Assembly (NCBI GenBank): GCA_036394755.1
Contig: DASWEL010000058.1
Location: 15,827-79,826 of the forward strand
DNA length: 64,000 nucleotides
From: Gemmatimonadales bacterium
GTDB lineage: Bacteria > Gemmatimonadota > Gemmatimonadetes > Gemmatimonadales > GWC2-71-9
Direction of reading: 5' to 3'
Shown here: positions 1 to 8,520 of the stretch, piece after piece
Layout of the letters: every line of letters starts with the position of its first letter
How positions within the stretch are numbered: the stretch's first letter is position 1
Notes under the pieces: generated by a model
What the model was told of the DNA's origin: nothing
Seen by the model: the letters and a program-made list of their open reading frames with translations, nothing else
Database searches by the model: none
Program-made: the position numbers and the translations under genes

Positions 1-1185
1 GCCTGGCAAATCACGAGTAATTCTTGGGAGTACACCGGCGATGGCCACGCCCTGGCCTATGACGCGGGCGCCGAGCTGATCGACATGGAGTTCGTGCAGT
101 TCCATCCGACGGGGATGGTGTGGCCGCCGAGTGTGCGCGGGATTCTCGTAACCGAAGGCGTGCGCGGCGAAGGCGGCGTCCTCAAGAACTCGGCGGGCGA
201 GCGGTTCATGTTCCGCTACATGCCCGACATGTTCAAGGGCGACTACGCCGAGACCGAAGCGGAGTCCGACGCGTGGGTGCAGGGCGATCGCAAGAAAAAC
301 CGCCGGCCGCCCGAGCTGCTGACGCGCGACGTGGTCGCGAAGGCGATCACGAAAGAAATCGCGGAAGGGCGGGGCACGCCGCATGGCGGCGTCTTCCTCG
401 ACATCGCTTCAAAACAAGGCCCGGACTACATCAAGCAGAAGCTGCCGAGCATGTACCACCAGTTCAAAGAGCTCGCGCAGGTGGACATCACGAAGGACCC
501 GATGGAAATCGGGCCCACGACCCATTACATGATGGGTGGCGTCAAAGTCGATGCGGAGACGCAGGAGTCGACGGTGCCCGGGCTCTTCGCCGCGGGCGAA
601 GTCGGCGGCGGGATGCACGGTGCCAATCGGCTCGGCGGCAACTCGCTCAGCGACTTGCTCGTTTTCGGACGCCGCGCCGGTCAGTACGCGGCGGGGAGGC
701 GCGGCGCGGCGCGGGCAATACCGGATGCCGAGGTCGAGCAAGCGATGAGGGAAGCACTGGAGCCGTTCGAGCACGACGGCGAGAATCCGTTCGCCGTTCA
801 GTCCGCTCTGCAGGCCGTGATGCAGCGTGACGCCGGGATCATCCGCGACAAGGCCGGCCTCCAAAACGCGCTCGCCGAGCTCGAGAAGCTCAAGGCGCGG
901 GCGCGGAAGGTGGGCGTTACGGGCAGCCGCGAATACAATCCGGGGTGGCACACCGCCATCGACCTGCAGTCCCTGGTCATCGTCTCCGAGGCGACCGCCC
1001 GCGCAGCCCTCGAGCGCACCGAGAGCCGCGGTGGTCACACGCGGAGCGACTATCCCGATTCCGACGAAAAGCAGGCGCGCGAGTTGGTCGTGATCAAGAA
1101 GGAAGGCAACCGCATGGCCGTGCGGCGCGAGCAGCAGCCCCCGATCCCACCGGAATTCCTGGCAATCATTAAGGAAAGCGTATGA
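1..1185 (+). CDS. sdhA: Succinate dehydrogenase/fumarate reductase flavoprotein subunit, C-terminal ~394 aa (5' end outside window)
   Basis: Frame open from base 1. Translation (EFVQFHPTG, GGNSLSDLLVFGRRAG, ESRGGHTRSDYP) is typical of SdhA/FrdA. Stop overlaps the next start as ATGA. Confidence 0.9.
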   Translation, partial: AWQITSNSWEYTGDGHALAYDAGAELIDMEFVQFHPTGMVWPPSVRGILVTEGVRGEGGVLKNSAGERFMFRYMPDMFKGDYAETEAESDAWVQGDRKKNRRPPELLTRDVVAKAITKEIAEGRGTPHGGVFLDIASKQGPDYIKQKLPSMYHQFKELAQVDITKDPMEIGPTTHYMMGGVKVDAETQESTVPGLFAAGEVGGGMHGANRLGGNSLSDLLVFGRRAGQYAAGRRGAARAIPDAEVEQAMREALEPFEHDGENPFAVQSALQAVMQRDAGIIRDKAGLQNALAELEKLKARARKVGVTGSREYNPGWHTAIDLQSLVIVSEATARAALERTESRGGHTRSDYPDSDEKQARELVVIKKEGNRMAVRREQQPPIPPEFLAIIKESV

Positions 1186-1916
1186 CCCTGTTCCGCGTAT
1201 TTCGAGGAACGCGTGATGGCGGTGGGCTTCACGACTACCAGGTTGCGGCGACTGAAGGGATGGTCGTGCTCGACGCCGTCCACGCGATCCAGGCCGAGCA
1301 GGCGCCCGACCTGGCGGTGCGCTGGAACTGCAAGGCCGGGAAGTGCGGCTCGTGCTCCGCGGAGATCAACGGCAAGCCGAAGCTGATGTGTATGACGCGG
1401 ATGTCCGACTACGCGCCGGACGAGACGATCACGGTCACGCCGATGCGGGCATTCCCGGTGATCAAGGACCTGGTGACGGACGTCTCGTGGAATTACGAAG
1501 TCAACAAGCGGATTCCGGAGTTCAAGCCGCGCAAGCCAGACGCCCCCGACGGCACGTGGCGGATGTATCAGTTCGAAGTCGAGCGGCCCCAGGAGTTCCG
1601 CAAGTGCATCGAGTGCTTCCTGTGCCAGGACGTGTGTCACGTGCTCCGCACGCACGAGAAGCACGAGCAGTTCATGGGCCCCGCGATGCTCGTGCGCGCC
1701 GCGGTCTACGAGATGCATCCGCTCGACGAGGTGGACCGGCGCGATTACCTGCGCCATGAAGGCGGGATCGGCTTCTGCAACATCACGAAGTGCTGCACCG
1801 AGGTCTGTCCCGAATCGATCACCATCACCGACAACGCGATCATTCCGCTCAAGGAACGGGTCGTCGACGCGAATTACGATCCGTTGGCGGCACTGTGGCG
1901 AAAACTCACCGGCTGA
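1182..1916 (+). CDS. sdhB: Succinate dehydrogenase/fumarate reductase iron-sulfur subunit
   Basis: Cys clusters CKAGKCGSC, CIECFLCQDVC and CTEVCP for the 2Fe-2S/4Fe-4S/3Fe-4S centres. Follows sdhA with an ATGA overlap. Confidence 0.9.
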   Translation: MTLFRVFRGTRDGGGLHDYQVAATEGMVVLDAVHAIQAEQAPDLAVRWNCKAGKCGSCSAEINGKPKLMCMTRMSDYAPDETITVTPMRAFPVIKDLVTDVSWNYEVNKRIPEFKPRKPDAPDGTWRMYQFEVERPQEFRKCIECFLCQDVCHVLRTHEKHEQFMGPAMLVRAAVYEMHPLDEVDRRDYLRHEGGIGFCNITKCCTEVCPESITITDNAIIPLKERVVDANYDPLAALWRKLTG

Positions 1917-2395
1917 GCGCCCCCCCCGGCGATGCGTTGCTCAAAGCCTACTCGGCCAGCGCGCGCATCAATCAGTACCTGGTCCAACAGCTCGACCCTG
2001 CCGTCTGGCAGGCGCCGCCGCCGGGTCCCAAGACGCGCACCATCGCGGCGCAGGTCGCCCACCTGCATAACTGCGGTCTGCGATACCTCGAGCGGACCGC
2101 GCCCGGATTTCCGGTTCCCGGCGAGTTGGACCGCCGCCGCGTCACCCAGCCACAGGCGGCGCGAGCGCTCGGAGCCAAGCGGAAGGCGGTGCTCGCGATC
2201 GTCGGCGCCGCGCTGAAGGACAACGAGCGGATCGTCGGGTTTCATCACGACGCGGCCGGCTATTTGATGTATTACATGATCCACGACGCACACACGCGCG
2301 GTCAAATCGTGCTGCAGGCCCGGTTGCTCGGATATCCGATCACACAGAAGACCATGATCGGGATGTGGGAGTTTCCCAAGCGAGCGAAGGAGTGA
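1895..2395 (+). CDS. DinB/YfiT-like metal-dependent hydrolase family protein (start uncertain: GTG 1895 or TTG 1937)
   Basis: Translation has the DinB-like helical pattern with conserved His (HLHNCGLRYL, MIHDAHTRGQI). The ORF-track start at 1790 lies inside sdhB and is unlikely. Confidence 0.6.
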   Translation: MAKTHRLSAPPGDALLKAYSASARINQYLVQQLDPAVWQAPPPGPKTRTIAAQVAHLHNCGLRYLERTAPGFPVPGELDRRRVTQPQAARALGAKRKAVLAIVGAALKDNERIVGFHHDAAGYLMYYMIHDAHTRGQIVLQARLLGYPITQKTMIGMWEFPKRAKE

Positions 2396-3627
2396 CTCCG
2401 ACCGTCGTCGTCGTCGGCGCGGGATTCGGGGGGCTGAATGCCGCCCGGGCGTTGCGTCGCGCGCCGGTGCAGGTCGTCCTCGTCGATCGCAACAACTACC
2501 ATCTTTTCCAGCCGCTGCTCTATCAGGTCGCCACCGCGGGCCTCGAGCCCGAGGAGATCGCGCGACCGGCGCGGGCAATTCTGCGCGGCCAGAAGAACTT
2601 CGACTTTCGCATGGTGGACGTGACGCGCGTCGATTTCGCGGCGAAGCGTCTCGAGACCAGCGCCGGGCCGATCAGCTACGACTTCCTGGTCCTCGCCCCC
2701 GGGGGGGAGACGAACTTCTTCGGGCTCGAGTCGATGCAGCGCCATGGCCTCGGCCTCAAGGACATCCCCGACGCGATCGCGATTCGCAATCACGTGCTGA
2801 CCTGCTTCGAGCAGGCGATGCTCGAGCCCGATGCGGAGAAACGCCGCGAGCTGCTCACCTTCATCGTGGTGGGTGGTGGGCCGACCGGCGTCGAGATAGC
2901 GGGCGCCCTATCTGAATTGATCCGCCTGGTGCTCGTGAAGGACTATCCGCGGCTCAACATCAAGGACGTCCGCATCCTGCTGCTCGAGGCCACCGATCGC
3001 TTGCTCGCGGCGATGCCGGAGCGATTGCGCGCGGCGGCGGGCAAGACGCTCTGGCGCAAGTATGTGGAGGTGCGGTTCGGGGCCGTGGTGGCCGATTATG
3101 ACGGTCAGCGCCTTCGCCTCAAGAGCGGCGAGGTCATTCCCGCGCAGACGGTGATCTGGGCCGCCGGCGTGCGCGCGTCAGCGCTCAACGCCACTCTGGG
3201 CGTCGCGCCGGGTCGGCAGGGCCGTAATCCGGTCGAGCCGACGCTTCAGGTCCCTGGCCATCCCGAGGTCTTCATGATCGGCGACGCGGCGTATCTCGAA
3301 CAGGACGGTGAGCCGCTGCCGATGGTAGCGCCCGTCGCGATCCAGATGGGGCAGTTTGTGGCTCGCAACATCAAGCGTCAGGTGCGCGGGCAAGCGCTCG
3401 AGCCGTTTCGTTATCGCGATCAGGGCACGCTCGCCACGATCGGCCGCAACGCGGCGGTGGCGAACGTCTATGGCATCAAGGCCACCGGCTTTCTGGCGTG
3501 GGTGATGTGGCTCGGCATTCACATCATTCAGTTAATCGGCTTCCGCAACAAACTCTTCGTCCTGATCAACTGGGCATGGGACTATTTCTTCTATGAGCGC
3601 GCCGCCCGCCTGATTACGCGCGACTGA
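2392..3627 (+). CDS. ndh: Type II NADH dehydrogenase (NDH-2)-like FAD-dependent oxidoreductase
   Basis: N-terminal VVVVGAGFGGL Rossmann motif and a second GGGPTGVE motif. GTG 2392 sits in a GTGA overlap with the upstream stop. Confidence 0.8.
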   Translation: MTPTVVVVGAGFGGLNAARALRRAPVQVVLVDRNNYHLFQPLLYQVATAGLEPEEIARPARAILRGQKNFDFRMVDVTRVDFAAKRLETSAGPISYDFLVLAPGGETNFFGLESMQRHGLGLKDIPDAIAIRNHVLTCFEQAMLEPDAEKRRELLTFIVVGGGPTGVEIAGALSELIRLVLVKDYPRLNIKDVRILLLEATDRLLAAMPERLRAAAGKTLWRKYVEVRFGAVVADYDGQRLRLKSGEVIPAQTVIWAAGVRASALNATLGVAPGRQGRNPVEPTLQVPGHPEVFMIGDAAYLEQDGEPLPMVAPVAIQMGQFVARNIKRQVRGQALEPFRYRDQGTLATIGRNAAVANVYGIKATGFLAWVMWLGIHIIQLIGFRNKLFVLINWAWDYFFYERAARLITRD

Positions 3628-3836
3628 ACCCGCACTACACCGCTCCAGCCACAATCGAGGCACCAGCGGTGCTCGACGGCCGGCAGTAGCCAGCGCAACA
3701 CCGAATGGTGGATGAGCGCGAGCTGTGCTCCACAGCGGGGACAGGCGCGCTTGGCAGGAAGCATGAAATAGACGAACGTCGTCACGACGGCGGCGCGCAG
3801 CAGCACGGTCGCTAACAGCACGACCACCACGAGCAT
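3591..3836 (-). CDS. Small membrane-anchored zinc-ribbon protein (one N-terminal TM helix, CPRC...CLDC)
   Basis: 81-aa ORF. Its ATG directly abuts the histidine kinase stop (TAAATG on the minus strand). Hydrophobic N-terminus followed by two CxxC pairs. Confidence 0.5.
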   Translation of the reverse strand: MLVVVVLLATVLLRAAVVTTFVYFMLPAKRACPRCGAQLALIHHSVLRWLLPAVEHRWCLDCGWSGVVRVQSRVIRRAARS

Positions 3837-5309
3837 TTACGCCGCCTTCTCCCGCACGAAGGCCGCGATGCGGCGCTCCAGCTCCGCCAGCTCGACCGGC
3901 TTCACGAACACGCGGTCGCGCGGCACTTCCGCGAGGCCCCGGCTGGCCAGATGGGTGATGTCTCCGGAAAGGAACAGCAGGCGCTCGGCCAGGGCAGGGC
4001 GCTCCTGCTGCAGCCGCTCAAAGAACTCCGCGCCGTCCATCCGGGGCATGCGCAGGTCCGCGAGGATCACGTGCGGCTCGAACCCCTCCTGCAAGCGCTC
4101 CAACGCCGCCTGGCCATCCCCCGCCTCACGTATCTCGGCGCCGCGCTTGGACAGGAAGCGCGCCATCGGACGGCGAATCAGCTCCTCATCATCGACCAGG
4201 AGCACCCGAATCCCCGAGAGGCTCTTTGGGGGACCGGTGGCCGGAACGGGCGTCGCCCGCGGAGCGGCAGCCGGCGCCGTCGGGACCGCTTGGCCGGCCG
4301 TGGGCAGCCACACGAGAAACCGCGCGCCTGGCTCCGAGCGCTTCACCAGGTCGAGCTCGCCTTCCGCTTCACGCACCAGCTGGCGCGAGATGTACAGACC
4401 GAGTCCCGTGCCACGGATGCCCTTGGTGCTCGCGAACGGCCGGAAGAGCCGCTGGGCGATCTCGGGCGCCACCCCGGGGCCGTTGTCAGTCACCGTGACG
4501 CAGACGCGGCTTCCCGTGTCATCGAGGAAGCTGTCCACGCTCAGCTGTCGCGGCGGCTTGACGGAGCGCAGGGCGTCGAGCGCGTTGCTGAGCAGATTGA
4601 CGATGATCTGTTCCAGGCGATTGGCATCGCCCACCACCGTCGGCAGCTCGGGATCGAGGCGGCCGCCGATCGTGATTTCGTCGATCGTGAAGCGGTAGGA
4701 CACGAGGTCGAGCGCACTCCGAACCACGTCGTTCATGTTCACGGCGGCCGTGCGCTTTTCCCCCGCGCGCACGAACCGCAGCAAGCCGCGTAACAGCTTC
4801 GCGGCACGCTGCGCCTGCCGCAGGATGCTCTGCATCTCGCTGCGCTGCTCCGCCGGCAGGTTGCCGTCCGCCAGCCGCAGCTCGGCGTGGCTGGCAATCG
4901 CCATCAGCGGGTTGTTGACCTCGTGCGCGACCCCGCCCAGCAGCTCGCCCGCCGCCGCAAACCGGCCCTGCTCCTCGGCGCGGTCCCGCAGCACGCGTGT
5001 CATATGATTGAAGTGGGTGCCGACCGTGCCGAGCTCGTCGTCCCGGGTCACGGGGACCTGAGTGCTCAAGTCTCCCTCCGAAACGCGCCGGATGGCGTGC
5101 TCGATCTCGGTGAGCGGCGTCCAGATGCGCCGTCGGACGATGAACAGCGCGACTGGCAACAGCACCGCGCCGACGATCAACACAACGATCGCCGTCGCCG
5201 AGCCGAGATTCCCGGTCAGCGCGAGGGTCAACGCCGCGCCGTAGACCATTGCCGCGACGACGACGCCCACAATCAACACACGGAGACTACTAGACGGATT
5301 GCGTGACAC
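3837..5309 (-). CDS. Hybrid sensor histidine kinase/response regulator (TM-HAMP-HisKA-HATPase-REC)
   Basis: H-box HEVNNPL; N/G boxes LLSNALDA, DNGPGV, GTGLGL; C-terminal receiver VLLVDDEE...ADLRMPRMDG. GTG start at 5309. Confidence 0.9.
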   Translation of the reverse strand: MSRNPSSSLRVLIVGVVVAAMVYGAALTLALTGNLGSATAIVVLIVGAVLLPVALFIVRRRIWTPLTEIEHAIRRVSEGDLSTQVPVTRDDELGTVGTHFNHMTRVLRDRAEEQGRFAAAGELLGGVAHEVNNPLMAIASHAELRLADGNLPAEQRSEMQSILRQAQRAAKLLRGLLRFVRAGEKRTAAVNMNDVVRSALDLVSYRFTIDEITIGGRLDPELPTVVGDANRLEQIIVNLLSNALDALRSVKPPRQLSVDSFLDDTGSRVCVTVTDNGPGVAPEIAQRLFRPFASTKGIRGTGLGLYISRQLVREAEGELDLVKRSEPGARFLVWLPTAGQAVPTAPAAAPRATPVPATGPPKSLSGIRVLLVDDEELIRRPMARFLSKRGAEIREAGDGQAALERLQEGFEPHVILADLRMPRMDGAEFFERLQQERPALAERLLFLSGDITHLASRGLAEVPRDRVFVKPVELAELERRIAAFVREKAA

Positions 5310-5351
5310 GGCCTAATCTCCCCGTTCCCAACTCGCACCAAGGTACAATCA

Positions 5352-7850
5352 ATGCGTTCTTTGAGCATCCTCCTGACATTCGGCGGCCTCGGCGTGCTCG
5401 CGTGCTCGCATGCCACCGCCCCAGCCCGGCAATCCGCAGCGCCGGCCCCCATGCGCCAGGACACGTCACGGGCCACCAACGGACGTCAGCAGCCGCCCGA
5501 CCCGACCGCCCCGAAACCCTACAACCAGGTCATCACCGCCGGTGCGACCACCGACTCCGGCGTGTTCATCCTGCATCGCATCAGCGAGAAGCTCTTTTAC
5601 GAGATCCCGAAAGCGATGTACGGTCGTCAGTTTCTGATGGTGGCGGACCAGCGCGGGACGATCCGCGGCGTACGCTACGCGGGAGAGGAGATCAGCAACC
5701 GCATTGTGGTGTGGGAACGGATGGGGAACAAAGTCTTCCTGCGCATCGTGTCGTACGCCATGCGCGCCGATAGCAACCAGCCCGTCGCCCGCGCGGTCCG
5801 GCTGTCCAACATCGCACCGATCATCATGAGCTTTGACGTCGCGTCATGGCATACGCCGGACAGTACGGCGGTGATCGAGGTGACGAAGCTCTTCACGACG
5901 GACGTGGCGGAGCTGAACCTGCGTCAATCGGGCATGCGGATTCGCCGCTTGGATCCGGCGCGCTCCGTGGTCGATCGCGCGCGGTCGTTTCCGCGCAACG
6001 TCGAGGTGAGTGCGTTGCAGACCTTCGAGGTCGATTCGGTGCCGGGCCCCGCGGGCGCGCCGCCCAACCGGTCGCTCAATTCGATCACGATGCTGATGAA
6101 TTACTCGATGGTGCTGCTGCCCGATCATCCGATGATGGCGCGGCTGTGCGATGACCGCGTCGGGTACTTCAACCTGGCCTTTGAAGATTACGACGAAGAT
6201 CTCGTGTCTGGCCCGCGACGTTGCTTCATCAAGCGCTTCCGGCTCGAGCCGAAGGATCCGAACGCCGCCGTCTCCGACCCCATCCAGCCAATCGTCTGGT
6301 ATATCGATCCTGCGACGCCCACCAAATGGGTGCCCTGGCTGATCAAGGGCGTCGAGATGTGGGAGCCGGTGTTCCGCGCGGCCGGATTCAGCAATGCGAT
6401 CACGGCCAAGGTCGCGCCGGTCGACGATCCCAATTTCGATCTCGACGACGCCCGCAATTCGACGATCCGCTGGCTGCCGTCCACGATCGAGAACGCGTAC
6501 GGGCCGAGTGTGAGCGATCCGCGCTCGGGCGAGATCATGAACGCCAACATCGGCTTCTACCACAACGTGGCGAGCCTCGTCGAGGCCTGGTATTGGACGC
6601 AGGCCGGCGCGGCTGATCCGCGCGCCCGGCAGCTGCCGTTCCCCGATTCGCTGATGGGGCTGATGCTGGCCTACGTCGCAAACCACGAAGTCGGTCACAG
6701 TCTCGGCCTGCGCCACAACATGGTCGCCTCGAGCTACTATCCGGTGGACTCGCTGCGCAGCAAGTCGTTCACCTGCCGGATGAAGGGGACGAGCCCGTCA
6801 ATCATGGACTACGCACGCTACAACTATGTGGCGCAGCCGGGCGACAGCGCGTGCCTGATGCAGGGCATCGGGCCGTACGATTACTTCGCGATCGATTGGG
6901 GCTATCGCCGCATTCCCGGGGCAGCAGCACCGGATGCGGAGCGCCGCGTGCTCGACTCGCTGGCGCGGCAGCAGGACGCACAGCCGTGGGACCGCTGGAT
7001 CGGCGACGGCGAGCCCGTCGATCCGCGCATCATCACCGAGGCGTTGGGCGACGATCCCGTGAAGGCGAGCGGCTACGGCGTCCGCAACATCAAGCGGCTG
7101 GTGCCGATGCTGATTCCCGCCACGACCGGCGACCGGCTCGACAACTATGACCGGCTCGACGACATGTACTCGGAGCTGATCGCGCAGTGGGCGCGGGAGA
7201 TGAATCACGTCGCAGTCGTGGTCGGGGGCGTGTATCAGTTCACGAAGTACGCCAGCCAGACGGGCCGCGTCTACCAGCCGGTGCCGCGCGCCAAGCAGGC
7301 GGAGGCGGTGCAGTTCCTCAGCGACAACGTGTTCACCACACCATCCTTCTTCTTCGATCCGGAGATTCTGCGCCGCATCGAGCCCACCGGGTTCGTGGAG
7401 CGGGTGCGGGGACGGCAGACCGCGGTGCTGAACCTGCTCTTCCAGGACTCGCGGCTGTCGCGGCTCGCCGAGCAGTCGGCGACGCAACCGGAGTCGTATA
7501 CGATCGCGGATCTGTTCGGCGATGTGCGGCGGGGCGCGTTCTCCGAATTCGCCGGCGGGGCGGGGCGGGTCGACGAGTATCGGCGCAACCTGCAGCGCGC
7601 GTTCGTCGATCAGATGGAGCGGCTCATCAGCACGCCGCTCGTAACGCCGTTTCCACCAGGGTTTACGCCCTTCGCGGGCTTCACGCCGCCGCCGCCGCGC
7701 CCCGCCGATGCACGCGCGCAGGCTCGGCTCGAGCTGGTCGACTTGCAGGCGACGCTGCGGGCGGCACTCCCGCGGGCAGCGGATCGCACGACGCGGGCGC
7801 ACATCGTCGATCTCCAGGCACGGATTAATCAGATCCTGAACCCACGGTAG
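5352..7850 (+). CDS. Secreted zinc-dependent metalloprotease (large DUF5117/DUF4953-type), probable lipoprotein
   Basis: Signal peptide with lipobox-like LGVLAC-S. HEVGHSLGLRHN zinc-binding motif. 832 aa. Confidence 0.8.
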   Translation: MRSLSILLTFGGLGVLACSHATAPARQSAAPAPMRQDTSRATNGRQQPPDPTAPKPYNQVITAGATTDSGVFILHRISEKLFYEIPKAMYGRQFLMVADQRGTIRGVRYAGEEISNRIVVWERMGNKVFLRIVSYAMRADSNQPVARAVRLSNIAPIIMSFDVASWHTPDSTAVIEVTKLFTTDVAELNLRQSGMRIRRLDPARSVVDRARSFPRNVEVSALQTFEVDSVPGPAGAPPNRSLNSITMLMNYSMVLLPDHPMMARLCDDRVGYFNLAFEDYDEDLVSGPRRCFIKRFRLEPKDPNAAVSDPIQPIVWYIDPATPTKWVPWLIKGVEMWEPVFRAAGFSNAITAKVAPVDDPNFDLDDARNSTIRWLPSTIENAYGPSVSDPRSGEIMNANIGFYHNVASLVEAWYWTQAGAADPRARQLPFPDSLMGLMLAYVANHEVGHSLGLRHNMVASSYYPVDSLRSKSFTCRMKGTSPSIMDYARYNYVAQPGDSACLMQGIGPYDYFAIDWGYRRIPGAAAPDAERRVLDSLARQQDAQPWDRWIGDGEPVDPRIITEALGDDPVKASGYGVRNIKRLVPMLIPATTGDRLDNYDRLDDMYSELIAQWAREMNHVAVVVGGVYQFTKYASQTGRVYQPVPRAKQAEAVQFLSDNVFTTPSFFFDPEILRRIEPTGFVERVRGRQTAVLNLLFQDSRLSRLAEQSATQPESYTIADLFGDVRRGAFSEFAGGAGRVDEYRRNLQRAFVDQMERLISTPLVTPFPPGFTPFAGFTPPPPRPADARAQARLELVDLQATLRAALPRAADRTTRAHIVDLQARINQILNPR

Positions 7851-7854
7851 AGGA

Positions 7855-8520
7855 ATGATCTCGACCTCGACGACCCACATCCGGACGCGCTTCCGCGACC
7901 ACCGGCTGCTCCAGGTGCTCGTGGGCACGTACGCCCTGGTCTGGGTCATCACCGCCATCGCTCCCCTGGACCGTCACGATTGGTTCCTGGAGAACATCCT
8001 CGTCTTCGCCGTCATGGCGTTGTTGATCGGCACGTATCGGGTGTTTCCGTTGTCGGATTTGTCCTACCTGCTCATCACGGCGTTCCTGACGCTGCACGCG
8101 ATCGGCGCGCACTACACGTATTCCGAAGTCCCGTTCGGGTTCTGGATCCAGCGCACGTTTGGGTTCGCGCGCAATCCGTTCGACCGGATCGTGCATTTCT
8201 CGTTCGGTCTGTTGATGGCATATCCGATCCGTGAAGTATTCCTGCGGGTCGCGAACGCGAGAGGGTTCTGGGCGTACTATCTGCCGCTCGACGTGACGCT
8301 CGCCTTCAGCGCCGTCTATGAGATCATGGAGATGGTCATTGCCACGATGGTCGCGCCCGGCACGGGTGATGCCTGGCTCGGCACCCAGGGCGATGTGTGG
8401 GATCCACAAAAGGATATGGGCCTCGCGGCGCTGGGCGCGTTACTCTGCATGTGCCTGACCGCTCTTGTAAGACGGGCTCGGGCACCTCGACCGGTACTGT
8501 TGGCAGGGAGGGAAGCATGA
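7855..8520 (+). CDS. DUF2238 (YjdF-like) inner membrane protein
   Basis: Polytopic hydrophobic translation with HAIGAHYTYSEVPFG and FDRIVHFSFG segments characteristic of DUF2238. Confidence 0.65.
   Translation: MISTSTTHIRTRFRDHRLLQVLVGTYALVWVITAIAPLDRHDWFLENILVFAVMALLIGTYRVFPLSDLSYLLITAFLTLHAIGAHYTYSEVPFGFWIQRTFGFARNPFDRIVHFSFGLLMAYPIREVFLRVANARGFWAYYLPLDVTLAFSAVYEIMEMVIATMVAPGTGDAWLGTQGDVWDPQKDMGLAALGALLCMCLTALVRRARAPRPVLLAGREA

Noticed and set aside
2696-2707. C5G7 palindromic homopolymer junction (cccccggggggg) in ndh.
   Set aside because: It encodes APGGE within a conserved oxidoreductase. It is too short and symmetric to argue for a regulatory role, and is mentioned only with the other homopolymers.
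5344-5349. Near-consensus -10 hexamer TACAAT upstream of the metalloprotease gene.
   Set aside because: It ends only 2 nt before the ATG, with no acceptable -35 at 16-18 nt. The implied transcription start would fall inside the coding region.
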